Assembly: GCA_050633245.1 (NCBI GenBank) | Contig: JBOEGD010000004.1 | Span: forward strand, 223,220 to 281,205 | From: Calditrichia bacterium | GTDB taxonomy: Bacteria > Calditrichota > Calditrichia > RBG-13-44-9 > J075 | Reading direction: 5' to 3' | Length of the DNA stretch: 57,986 bases | Shown here: positions 20,831 to 30,122 of the stretch, piece by piece | How positions within the stretch are numbered: position 1 is the stretch's first letter | Layout of the letters: each line of letters begins with the position of its first letter | Notes under the pieces: model-generated | Told to the model about the DNA's origin: nothing | The model's database searches: none | The model's input: only the letters and a program-made list of their open reading frames with translations | Position numbers and translations under genes: made by a program

Positions 20831-22806
20831 TTGCCAACTCCACAATAAATAATTTGAATCGCAAATTACCGAAGGTTCTGGTCCTGATATGTTTTGTCTA
20901 CACCTCGGCTGTCTCCGCACAGTCTGCCGAACAAAAAAGCTATCTTCGGCAGGATGTAAGAGAAATACTGGTAAAGGATATTGATCTGGATCCCTGTAGT
21001 CAATGTCATCAATCCGAGTTTAAGGTTTGGAAAAAATCAGCTCATGCTACCGGATTTAATGAGCTGCACAAAAAGGCTGCCGCTCAGCGCATCGTTAAAA
21101 AGATGGGCTTTAGTCTGGTTAAGCGCGAAAGCCTCTGCATGAAGTGCCACTACACTCCAAATATAAAAAATGACAAGCTGATTGCTGTAGCCGGGGTGTC
21201 ATGCGAGTCCTGCCACGGAGAGGCAAAAGGCTGGGAGACACTTCACAGTGATTTTGGAATAGCTGGGTCAGATGGGTTTGGAGAGAAAAAGGCTCAGGAA
21301 AGTGCCGGGCATCGGCAGCAACGATTGGCAGCAACCGAGCAGGCAGGTATGCTGCGTCCGGGAGATATTTATGATGTTGTTGCGAACTGTTTCGAATGTC
21401 ATACCGTTCCACACGAACGATTGGTGAATATTGGTGGACACAGTACTGGCTCTCAGGGGTTTCATCTTCCTGAAAAGATTGAGAAGATCCGGCACAATTT
21501 TTTACAGTCATTTTTGTTCTCCGATGGTACAGAAAACGCGAAGAATCCGCCAGCAAGAAAACGCCTGCTGTACATAACTGGTCGAGCACTGGATTTGGAA
21601 TACAATCTGCGAGGAGCTGCGGAAGCCACGGAGGAAGGCGATTATTTTGAAAATATGGTTAATCGTATAGGCGACGCAGTTGCCGAGCTTGAATTGGTTA
21701 GCGAACGCATTAAGATCCTTCAGGTTGAGAAGATGATTAATACTTATAAAACAGCTACTGTTTCGCTCAACAACAGGGCTGGCCTACTGCAGGCCGCGAA
21801 GAACGTTCAGAGCCAGGCCAAAGACATTCTAAGGGAATACGATGGATCAACCTTTTCAAAGCTGGATTCACTCATTGCAGGTCAAAAAGATAAAGTGTCC
21901 CGAAGGCTGGAGTTGCAGCTTCAGGTTTCACATCAGCCTACGGCACAAGCTGGGGAAAATGCTGCGACCGGTGGTGTTCAAAACCCATACCCGGTAAAGC
22001 CTAAAATTCGGCCCGGCAGCAAGTTTGCAACCATTGGGCCACGCGGCTGCAATTGCCATGATACGCAAGTCGACTGGCTGAAGAACAACTTCCATAACAC
22101 GTCACTGCAGCCTTTTCAGATACTTGATGACAAGGTGCTTCGTATCGCCGTGAACTATGGGATTGCGATAGAGAATATTACTAAAGGCACGTCATTGTGT
22201 ATGGACTGTCATAGCACGGTTATTACCGGAAAGGAATTTAGAGAGGTGCGTAACGCGGTTAGTTGTGAAAGCTGTCATGGGCCAGGTAAAGACTATAAAA
22301 AACCGCATCAGGATGAGGATCGGGGATATGAGATAAGTGCCGGCTTTGGCATGAAGCAGTTGGAACAGGCTAATGTAAGGGCAGCCAATTGCGCAGAATG
22401 TCATTACATAACCGACAAGCGACTTTTGGCTTCCGGGCATCCTTCAGGAAAGGATTTTGATCTTGCCAGGGGAAATGACCGCGTTAAGCATTGGGAAGGG
22501 CCAAAGCTTTCCTCATCCAGCCTCAACTCTGCCTATAAAACGGTTGCTGCCGGTCGTGGCCAGATTCCAGTAGTAGACATTGTAAATATCTACAACCCAA
22601 ATAAGCTGACTCAAATTTCGCAGCTACGAGCTGCAAAATCCAGAGCTCTAAGTGCTATTCGAGAGAAAGTTAGCCCCTGGTCTTCACGGTCCTCGAATAT
22701 CGAGCTAAGCGAATTTCCGGAAATTGATCCAAATGCTTCAGTAGAGGAAATCCTGTTAATATTGAAAAATCGTCTGGAAGAAATATATGAAAAATCCGCA
22801 AAGTAG
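20827..22806 (+). CDS. Exported multiheme cytochrome c with two c554-like tetraheme modules (7 CxxCH + 1 CxCH)
   Basis: CSQCH, CMKCH, CESCH, CFECH, then CNCH, CMDCH, CESCH, CAECH; signal peptide; GTGA overlap with the porin stop. Confidence 0.92.
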   Translation: MIANSTINNLNRKLPKVLVLICFVYTSAVSAQSAEQKSYLRQDVREILVKDIDLDPCSQCHQSEFKVWKKSAHATGFNELHKKAAAQRIVKKMGFSLVKRESLCMKCHYTPNIKNDKLIAVAGVSCESCHGEAKGWETLHSDFGIAGSDGFGEKKAQESAGHRQQRLAATEQAGMLRPGDIYDVVANCFECHTVPHERLVNIGGHSTGSQGFHLPEKIEKIRHNFLQSFLFSDGTENAKNPPARKRLLYITGRALDLEYNLRGAAEATEEGDYFENMVNRIGDAVAELELVSERIKILQVEKMINTYKTATVSLNNRAGLLQAAKNVQSQAKDILREYDGSTFSKLDSLIAGQKDKVSRRLELQLQVSHQPTAQAGENAATGGVQNPYPVKPKIRPGSKFATIGPRGCNCHDTQVDWLKNNFHNTSLQPFQILDDKVLRIAVNYGIAIENITKGTSLCMDCHSTVITGKEFREVRNAVSCESCHGPGKDYKKPHQDEDRGYEISAGFGMKQLEQANVRAANCAECHYITDKRLLASGHPSGKDFDLARGNDRVKHWEGPKLSSSSLNSAYKTVAAGRGQIPVVDIVNIYNPNKLTQISQLRAAKSRALSAIREKVSPWSSRSSNIELSEFPEIDPNASVEEILLILKNRLEEIYEKSAK

Positions 22807-24454
22807 TGGCGCTGAGCAGAGCAGTTCAGCGAGCTTTTCAAATACACAGCTAATGCGCACGCAACAGCACAGCGATCGCTGGAGTGATTATCAGGGTAAT
22901 GACAACATAATAAAGTTTTCGAGAAGGCTCTCTGTTAAGCAATTGCGAACGCTGGAGCTCTTTAACGACTACTCGGATGAATTCCTGACCGAGATCAGTC
23001 CAGACATTTCTATTGCACAATGGATGAGCGGCACGGTTCTTTTTGAAGAAGGTAGCTATATCGACCTGATGTTTTTTGTGATCAATGGAATCGCAGAAGC
23101 TACGTTAAGCATTTTGGCTCCTGAGAATGAACGGCCAAACAGACCTATCTTTGCAACTCGCCTGCAGGAAAATCCTTCAGCAGAGGAAAGGGTGGTTACA
23201 AGCCAAACAGTCTTACATCAAAAGATAGCGTCTATGGAGGCCCGTCCAGATGTAACAATGCTAAGCGCCGTCGATTTTCAATTGAATGACAGCGATGCGT
23301 TTAAGTTGGGAAAAGGTGATATGTTTGGCGAGATTGGTGCTCTGAACGGCTGGCCTCAATCGGTTACTGTCAGAACAATTTCCGACTGCTTGCTTTGCCA
23401 GATTCGTCTACCGGCTCTGCGAAAGATGAAAGATCATTCCGAGACGTTTAAGCAAAAAACCGATACGGTTTATCGCGATCGATTTCTTTACTCACAGTTG
23501 AAGGCAACTCCCTTGCTTCGCGATTGTAGTCCGGCCTTGATTAATCACCTCAAGGATAAAGCGGAGTTAATCTCAGTTTCCCCGGGAAAGCCGGTAGTGC
23601 TGGAAGGAGAGGCAGTAGATGCTTTCTACTTACTGCGTTCAGGTAATATTAAGCTGACCCAGCGTGTGGGTAGCGGTGAAGCGACGGTCAATTATCTCTC
23701 GAAAGGGATGACCATTGGTGCGGTAGAACTGCTAATCGAAGATATTGAAAACTGGGCCTGGAGCGCAACTTCTGTTGCATATTCTGAATTAATCAAGATT
23801 TCACTGGCCGATTTTACTCTCATAACCCAGCACCATCCGCAAATCGAAAGGCGCCTATGGCGTAGCGCAGTTCGAACGATAAAGGAAAGTGGGTGTTCCC
23901 GAAAAAACCTGGAACAGTCCGAGTTGATTCAATTCTCACTTGAAAGAGGATTGGTTGAAGGCAATAGTATGCTGCTAATCGATCTTGAAACATGTGTACG
24001 ATGTGATGACTGCGTTCGGGGATGTGCAGCCGTGCATGATGGGCGTCCCAAGTTTGTACGCGAAGGTGAGAAGTATGAAAATTATCTAATTGCGCGATCG
24101 TGTTATCACTGTGAAGATCCGGTTTGCCTAATTGGCTGTCCTACGGGAGCTATCAGGAGAGCCAATGTGGACGAGATTGTAGAGATTAATGAAAAACTTT
24201 GCATTGGCTGCAGCAACTGCGCAAACAAGTGTCCATATGATGCCATCGTTATGCACGAAACGGGGGAAAGCTGGTCGGACGATGCTTTACCGGAACACCT
24301 GCGTGGCAAAGAACGCAAGGTAGCAAGTAAGTGTGATCTCTGCTTTAAAACGAATAATGAACCGGCATGCGTCGCAAATTGCGCGCAGGGTAGTGCAATT
24401 CGCATCAAGAATATCACTGACTTTCAGGCATTGATGGAGAGGAAAAATGCGTAG
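22787..24454 (+). CDS. Tandem cyclic-nucleotide-binding domains fused to a DmsB/NrfC-type 4x[4Fe-4S] ferredoxin
   Basis: LFEEGS..D.MFFVING...GDMFGEIGAL and VVLEGEAVDAFYLLRSG...GMTIG; Cys sets CVRCDDCVRGC, CYHCEDPVCLIGCP, CIGCSNCANKCP, CDLC..PACVANC; no signal peptide. Confidence 0.92.
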   Translation: MKNPQSSGAEQSSSASFSNTQLMRTQQHSDRWSDYQGNDNIIKFSRRLSVKQLRTLELFNDYSDEFLTEISPDISIAQWMSGTVLFEEGSYIDLMFFVINGIAEATLSILAPENERPNRPIFATRLQENPSAEERVVTSQTVLHQKIASMEARPDVTMLSAVDFQLNDSDAFKLGKGDMFGEIGALNGWPQSVTVRTISDCLLCQIRLPALRKMKDHSETFKQKTDTVYRDRFLYSQLKATPLLRDCSPALINHLKDKAELISVSPGKPVVLEGEAVDAFYLLRSGNIKLTQRVGSGEATVNYLSKGMTIGAVELLIEDIENWAWSATSVAYSELIKISLADFTLITQHHPQIERRLWRSAVRTIKESGCSRKNLEQSELIQFSLERGLVEGNSMLLIDLETCVRCDDCVRGCAAVHDGRPKFVREGEKYENYLIARSCYHCEDPVCLIGCPTGAIRRANVDEIVEINEKLCIGCSNCANKCPYDAIVMHETGESWSDDALPEHLRGKERKVASKCDLCFKTNNEPACVANCAQGSAIRIKNITDFQALMERKNA

Positions 24455-25280
24455 AACTCCCACATCCAGATTGAGTGCCTATGTTCGATCGCCCGGAATG
24501 TTCACAGGTTTTTTGGTGATCATACTTCTAGTGACGGCGAGCTATTTGCTGACTTCATTCTTTCCTGACTTGGAGGTAGAGCAGAACCTGCGCCTGGTTT
24601 ATGGTAGCATTGCCGCCTGCCTGTTAGTCGCGGCAATGCTGTATGGCATACGGCAACGGAGGGTGAAGTTGAACTGGGGAAGAAGTAATACCTGGCTGCA
24701 GCTTCACATTTATGGTGGCGGGTTGTTTCTCCTGCTGATGTTGATGCACAGTGGATTTAAGGTGCCGGTGGGATGGATCACCTGGTTGCTATGGACGCTA
24801 AGTTTTTGGATGACCGTCAGTGGTTTGCTTGGCGTTATTCTGCAAAAATGGATTCCCAAGCTGTTGTCTTCCGGGTTGAATGTTGAGGTAATATATGAAC
24901 GCATTCCCGACTTGGTTTTAGATATCCGCAGTAAGAGTGAAGAGCTCGTTGGAGAAGCTGAGCTGCCGCTGCAAGATTTTTATAGACAGCATCTTGCTGT
25001 CGCCTTCTCTGCACCAAAGAATCGTTTCATCTACTTTCTTGATATCACGGGAGGTTCTCAGGCACGTTTACGACAATTCGATTATTTGCGAGCTCTGCTT
25101 AGTCGTGATGGTCGAGCTTCATTGAATACTCTGGAGAGCTATTACAAAACGAAGTTGGAGTTAGATGCACATTATACACTGCAGAAGGCATTGCGCTGGT
25201 GGCTTTTTTTACACGCCCCATTATCGTTGTTGCTAATAGTTTTGCTGCTCCTGCATCTGTTCGCGGTGGTTTACTATTAA
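24447..25280 (+). CDS. Integral membrane protein, probable diheme cytochrome b (ferric-reductase-like TM domain)
   Basis: About five TM helices; two His pairs exactly 14 residues apart within TM helices (H87/H101, H256/H270). Confidence 0.8.
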   Translation: MRRTPTSRLSAYVRSPGMFTGFLVIILLVTASYLLTSFFPDLEVEQNLRLVYGSIAACLLVAAMLYGIRQRRVKLNWGRSNTWLQLHIYGGGLFLLLMLMHSGFKVPVGWITWLLWTLSFWMTVSGLLGVILQKWIPKLLSSGLNVEVIYERIPDLVLDIRSKSEELVGEAELPLQDFYRQHLAVAFSAPKNRFIYFLDITGGSQARLRQFDYLRALLSRDGRASLNTLESYYKTKLELDAHYTLQKALRWWLFLHAPLSLLLIVLLLLHLFAVVYY

Positions 25281-25315
25281 ATCGAAATTGACCCAAAGGT
25301 ATTGCTTAGAATCGC

Positions 25316-26947
25316 ATGAAAAATAAGAAGCCAAATAGGAAGAGAAAAGGAACGTTCACCGGAGCCAGATTACCGGTTGCGAGGCGATATATCCGTCCTG
25401 TTTCATCGAAAGGACGTTTGATGTTGACGTTTCTTCTTGCCGGCTGTGCAATGCTGGTTGTGTTGATTGGTAATCACATTTATTCCGGAAATGTCATGTC
25501 GAACGGCCCCCTTTCATCAAAACATGCGAATTTTGAAAACGACTGCGCAGCATGCCACTCAACCCCGTCCATTTCAGAAGGGATTGTTGCGGCGGTTGAA
25601 GATACGAAGTGCCTTACATGTCATAACGATGCCATGGGTGAGCTAAAATCTTATGAATTTGCGGTTCACTATATGTATCGCAGTCATGATAAACGTCGAA
25701 CCGTCGTAAAAGATAGTGTTCAGGCCCACGAAATGACCTGCGCAAACTGTCATGGGGAACATTACGGCAGAGACGGTCAACTAACTCATGTGGCTAAATC
25801 TATTTGCCAATCCTGCCATCAATACGATTCCTTTAATAGCGGGCATCCTGAATTCCAATTTGCCAGAGAGGAAATACCCGATCAGGCAAATCTGAAGTTT
25901 ACTCATGCGTTCCATGTAAAAGAGCTCCAGCGTCGTGGTGGTGTATCAACAACGGAGGAGGCTTGCGCAAGCTGCCATCAAACAGACGTCGGTGGGAAAA
26001 GCTTCAAACCTATTCGCTTCGAGTCCGCCTGCTCAGAATGTCACCTTGGACCGCTTAATCCAACACCTACAGCGGAGCTGGCAGTACAGATTCGCAGGCG
26101 CTCAACAGTGCCAGGTGTGCAGAGCCTTAAGACGATACAATCTACCAATGCACCGGGAAATTCCTGGGCCCGGTTCGCTAATCCTAATGAATATGATGAA
26201 TACGATAATACTATCGTTAAGCAGCTTCTTCATCATAAGGATCCATGGATCTTGTTTAACCTGCGGTTGCTGCGCAAGCAACTTTTTCCTCAAGCGGGTC
26301 TTGCCGATCTTCTGGCAAGTGATGGAAAAACGGTTCGTCAGGAATCTGCACAGATTTACCATGAGGCTATTGCCGCACTTGAAACTCAGGTGCGCGAACT
26401 GCGGTTACACCCGTCGCCTGTTGTTCATGAAGACCTGGAGCGCGTAGCCGACGAGCTGGTAAGGCTAAAAAAGCTGTTGGCCAATCCTGGCGATAGCCAA
26501 TTTGACTTTCGAAAGTTTGAATTGGGTCGAACGCAGCTGGCCCCGGCTTTTGAAAAAGACTCTACGAAACTCACTCGCTACAAGGCCTTTGTCGACGTGC
26601 TAACTGCTGAATGTCAGACCTGTCATCTAGTAGAAAATGCCACAATACTTCGCGTTCAAAAAGATCAACAGATTCTCACTCGCGCAGAATTCAGGCATGA
26701 TGCGCATGTGGTCCAAAATAACTGCCTCGATTGTCATCAGGGAATTGATTTCGCAGGCTTAGCGGAGCTTACGGAAATACCAGCTGAGGCAGATAACGCG
26801 GGAATCCAAAACATTCCCGTTATAGCAACATGTCAGGGATGTCATACGCCGCAGGCAGCCAGCAATAAGTGTATGACCTGTCATAAGTTTCACCCAAGCA
26901 AATCGCACCTATCTCAATTACACTTAAAAGTTGAACAGACATGGTAG
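25316..26947 (+). CDS. Membrane-anchored decaheme cytochrome c (cytochrome c3-like)
   Basis: Basic N-terminus plus one TM; CAACH, CLTCH, CANCH, CQSCH, CASCH, CSECH, CQTCH, CLDCH, CQGCH, CMTCH; c3-type FxHxxH motifs (FTHAFH, FRHDAH). Confidence 0.92.
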   Translation: MKNKKPNRKRKGTFTGARLPVARRYIRPVSSKGRLMLTFLLAGCAMLVVLIGNHIYSGNVMSNGPLSSKHANFENDCAACHSTPSISEGIVAAVEDTKCLTCHNDAMGELKSYEFAVHYMYRSHDKRRTVVKDSVQAHEMTCANCHGEHYGRDGQLTHVAKSICQSCHQYDSFNSGHPEFQFAREEIPDQANLKFTHAFHVKELQRRGGVSTTEEACASCHQTDVGGKSFKPIRFESACSECHLGPLNPTPTAELAVQIRRRSTVPGVQSLKTIQSTNAPGNSWARFANPNEYDEYDNTIVKQLLHHKDPWILFNLRLLRKQLFPQAGLADLLASDGKTVRQESAQIYHEAIAALETQVRELRLHPSPVVHEDLERVADELVRLKKLLANPGDSQFDFRKFELGRTQLAPAFEKDSTKLTRYKAFVDVLTAECQTCHLVENATILRVQKDQQILTRAEFRHDAHVVQNNCLDCHQGIDFAGLAELTEIPAEADNAGIQNIPVIATCQGCHTPQAASNKCMTCHKFHPSKSHLSQLHLKVEQTW

Positions 26948-28905
26948 AGTCTCTATTACATGGGAAGTTAATCGAAAATTATCGAATCCTCAGCGTACTG
27001 GGAACAGGCGGTATGGGGACGGTCTTTCGCGCATTTGATGAAGAGCTGAGGCGAGATGTTGCCTTAAAGATGATGAACCCTCGCTTTACGGAGAACGAAT
27101 CCTTTGTGCAACAATTTCGCAAAGAAGGCATTTCTCAGGCGCGGCTAAAACATCCAAATATTGTTGATGTCCACGCTCTGCGTGAGACAAAATTTGGACT
27201 CTTTATAGTTATGGAATTTATTGACGGTATTACCCTTGCAGAAAGCATCAAGCAGGAGGGGGCAATGCCGTGGAAGCAGGCGTTGCCATTGTTCATTCAT
27301 ATTATTAAAGGGCTAAGTCATGCGCATCAAAAGGGAGTTATCCATCGCGATATAAAGCCTGGAAACATTATGATGACACGAGGCGGTAACGTTAAAGTGA
27401 GTGACTTCGGAATCGCCACCATCAGCCAGGATCCGCGCATCACCAAAACTACTTTAACAGGCGGCACATTGGCCTATGCTTCACCCGAACAGCTGAAAAG
27501 TCTTAAGCTTGCCGATGAGCGTAGTGATGTTTATTCAGTTGGGATGACTTTCTATGAAGCGCTGGCAGGTAGTTTGCCCTTTGACGAAAACCAAACTGTT
27601 CAGGCTGTGCGAAATCAGATCATCGCCGGAAAGTTGCCTTCACCACGCCGCATTAATTCCCAAATCCCGGCTGATTTAACCAAGATCGTGATGAAGGCAA
27701 TTCACAAAAACCCTGAAAAAAGATATCAAAATCTTAATGAGATGCAGACCGATCTGCGGACGATTCAACAGCTCTACTTCCTTACAGAGGACACTGAGCT
27801 AACCAGTAGTCCTTCGCCGAAACGAACGCGTTCACGATCATTCAGCAAAAGACTACTGATGACCCTATTTTTATCTGCAATGATTTTTGCAGGCTACTCA
27901 ATGGACTTTCACACGATGCTGATGAATTGGAGCCGTTCAGCTGCATCTGAGGATAGTCTTATCTCGATAGCGTCTACACCTGAAAACTCCTTTATCTATT
28001 TCGATGAAAAAGTTGTTGGCATCACGCCGATATGGCGGCGCAAATTTCCGGTTGGCAAGCAAGTGAGTGTTAAAATTTCGAAGACCGGTTTTCGTTCACT
28101 TGATACTACAATCACTCTTGCCAAAGGCAGTAATCGAGAATTCTCATTTGCACTGGCGCGTGAGGATCAAAATGATGCTCGTGCAGTGCCGCGTGCTGAA
28201 CAAACGGAAGTCGTTAGATCTTTGCCGGAAGCGTCAGTATCAAAATACGGCGCGATACAAATTAATTCTACTCCATCTGGAGCAGCAATTTGGTTAAATG
28301 GCAAGATCCTCGAGAATCAGAAAACCCCAACAGTTATTCGTAAATTGCCGTTTGGAAATCATGAGATTGTTCTTCGCAGGAGTGGCTTTAAGGATTATTC
28401 AGAAAATGTGCTTGTTGAAGAGGGATATGCCACGGAGCATACGGCAAAGCTGGTTGCTCGGAAGGGGCAATTAAGCGTTCTCGTTCTTCCCTACGGCTCG
28501 GTTTTTATTAACGGACGCTTAAAAAAGGAAAATACCCACCTGGCTTATAATACTGAATTGCCGGGTGGTTTATATACCATTCGAGCGACACATCCGATGT
28601 TTGGGGTTTGGGAGAAGCGAATTCGCATCTCTGCGGATAAACATGTCGAGTTGTCGATCGATTTCAATCGCGTCTTCGATGTTCGGATTACCGCTTTTGA
28701 CAAAGAGAACAAACCTGTTATGGCCGAGATCTACATTGACGGTAAAGCCACCGGTTACACCACGCCTAAGAAAATTCAGTTGCGCCTCGGTCGCCATTCA
28801 TTCGAAGTGCAAAAGGATGGTTATCGGTTAGCTGGTGGGGCGCAGGTAGTTGATTTGGAAGAAGAAATGTCAAAGCCGTTGCGCCTCCAACTGGAAAGTG
28901 ATTGA
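26941..28905 (+). CDS. Hanks-type Ser/Thr protein kinase with TM and extracytoplasmic PEGA repeats
   Basis: GTGGMGTV, VALK, HRDIKPGN, DFG, GTLAYASPEQ, RSDVYSVG; TM; ISSTP/INSTPSGAAIWLNG-type PEGA repeats. Confidence 0.95.
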   Translation: MVESLLHGKLIENYRILSVLGTGGMGTVFRAFDEELRRDVALKMMNPRFTENESFVQQFRKEGISQARLKHPNIVDVHALRETKFGLFIVMEFIDGITLAESIKQEGAMPWKQALPLFIHIIKGLSHAHQKGVIHRDIKPGNIMMTRGGNVKVSDFGIATISQDPRITKTTLTGGTLAYASPEQLKSLKLADERSDVYSVGMTFYEALAGSLPFDENQTVQAVRNQIIAGKLPSPRRINSQIPADLTKIVMKAIHKNPEKRYQNLNEMQTDLRTIQQLYFLTEDTELTSSPSPKRTRSRSFSKRLLMTLFLSAMIFAGYSMDFHTMLMNWSRSAASEDSLISIASTPENSFIYFDEKVVGITPIWRRKFPVGKQVSVKISKTGFRSLDTTITLAKGSNREFSFALAREDQNDARAVPRAEQTEVVRSLPEASVSKYGAIQINSTPSGAAIWLNGKILENQKTPTVIRKLPFGNHEIVLRRSGFKDYSENVLVEEGYATEHTAKLVARKGQLSVLVLPYGSVFINGRLKKENTHLAYNTELPGGLYTIRATHPMFGVWEKRIRISADKHVELSIDFNRVFDVRITAFDKENKPVMAEIYIDGKATGYTTPKKIQLRLGRHSFEVQKDGYRLAGGAQVVDLEEEMSKPLRLQLESD

Positions 28906-28948
28906 GGGTAGCAGCAGGCACATAACATATAGCGGAAAGGAAAATAAA

Positions 28949-29572
28949 ATGACAAGATACCTGTATTCTTTTTCACCCTGGAATTCAAAGCTGAGCCTGG
29001 TTTTGTTCGCCTTGCTTTTCTCTGTGCAGACTTCTTTTGTAGTCCATGCTCAAGATGCACATGATTGTGAGGAAAAATTACTGGCTGCGGAAGAAAAATA
29101 CTTTACCGGTTACTTCGAAGAGTCCATTCAATTAATTGAGGATTGTTTGCAGCAAGGGGAGCTTACAGAAGCAACTAAAATTAAGAGCTGCAGGTTGCTC
29201 AGCTTGAACTTTCTCGCAGATGACAACACTGAGAAGGCGACGCTCTGTGTAAAAAAACTCCTCGCTATGAACCCGGATTACTTGCCTGATGAAGAAAAAG
29301 AACCACGCGAGTTTGTTGAGTTGGTTTACACTGTAAAACTGGATATCCAGAAGACAAATGAAGCGCTGCAAACGCAGCTTCTTGCACTTCAGACAGCGCA
29401 GGATAAACCCTCCAATGAAAGCGTGTCCGGGGGGAATGGAAAGTGGTTACTACTTGCCGCTGCTACCGGTGGAGTTGTGTCGGCGATTGTTGTTCTGACC
29501 ATGCGTCAGAGCGGGGATGATGGAAATGGTAATGGTAATGGGAATGGGAATGGAAACCCCGGGCGGAACTAG
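28949..29572 (+). CDS. Exported TPR-like helical protein with C-terminal hydrophobic helix and (GN)n tail
   Basis: ATG 28949 after GAAAGGAA; signal peptide ending VHA; helical domain; KWLLLAAATGGVVSAIVVL; GNGNGNGNGN. Confidence 0.7.
   Translation: MTRYLYSFSPWNSKLSLVLFALLFSVQTSFVVHAQDAHDCEEKLLAAEEKYFTGYFEESIQLIEDCLQQGELTEATKIKSCRLLSLNFLADDNTEKATLCVKKLLAMNPDYLPDEEKEPREFVELVYTVKLDIQKTNEALQTQLLALQTAQDKPSNESVSGGNGKWLLLAAATGGVVSAIVVLTMRQSGDDGNGNGNGNGNGNPGRN
29522..29557 (+). repeat. Hexamer repeat GGNAAY encoding (Gly-Asn)n
   Basis: gga aat ggt aat ggt aat ggg aat ggg aat gga aac. Confidence 0.85.
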
Positions 29573-29610
29573 AAAAGCAAATAACAGGCTGGAAGAAAAG
29601 GAGCTCAGTT

Positions 29611-30081
29611 TTGCATGCAAAATTAATATGTCAGACCGGATCTCATATCGGAAGCAAATTTGTTATAGGAGAAGAAGCAATTATTGGTCGAGACGCAGTT
29701 AATGATATTACCATCGTTGAACCAACGATAACCAATACCCACGTACGGATATTTCTTGATGCGCAGCAAGGCTGCTATTTTATTGAGGATCTTGGAAGCC
29801 GAAATGGCACGACAGTCGATGGCGTCTCGATTAGTGGCAGACAGCGGCTGGAAAAAATGCACGTAATAACTCTGGCCCGCAAGGTCGATCTAATCTTTGT
29901 TTTAAGTAAGAAGGCATTGCCGGAGTTGCAGCTGAAAAAGAATGGTAATCGTTTAGGTGAAACACCTGCTCTAAGACAAACCGCGGTCGAAGACTCTGCA
30001 TTCTCACTACCCAGGTTTAATAGAAGTCCGGATGCTCCGGATCCTAAACAAACTCATTTTGGTGACGGCTTCGATGACTAA
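29611..30081 (+). CDS. Stand-alone FHA-domain protein
   Basis: IIGRD..NDI, TITNTH, IEDLGSRNGT; TTG start after GGAG; low-complexity C-terminal tail. Confidence 0.88.
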   Translation: MHAKLICQTGSHIGSKFVIGEEAIIGRDAVNDITIVEPTITNTHVRIFLDAQQGCYFIEDLGSRNGTTVDGVSISGRQRLEKMHVITLARKVDLIFVLSKKALPELQLKKNGNRLGETPALRQTAVEDSAFSLPRFNRSPDAPDPKQTHFGDGFDD

Positions 30082-30122
30082 ATTTAGCCTGATAGATACT
30101 GTAAGCAAGGAACAATTATACC

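Noticed and set aside
17296-26947. Assignment to MtrCAB, NrfABCD, alternative complex III or hydroxylamine oxidoreductase
   Set aside because: No CxxCK motif, no NrfD/ActC-size polytopic subunit and no molybdopterin subunit; heme spacing and the cNMP fusion do not fit.
28850-28948. ORF-track start at 28850
   Set aside because: It overlaps the kinase gene; ATG 28949 has an RBS and gives a signal peptide.
26941-30081. Type VI secretion regulatory module (PpkA/Fha)
   Set aside because: No Tss, Hcp or VgrG genes in the window; the context is redox proteins.
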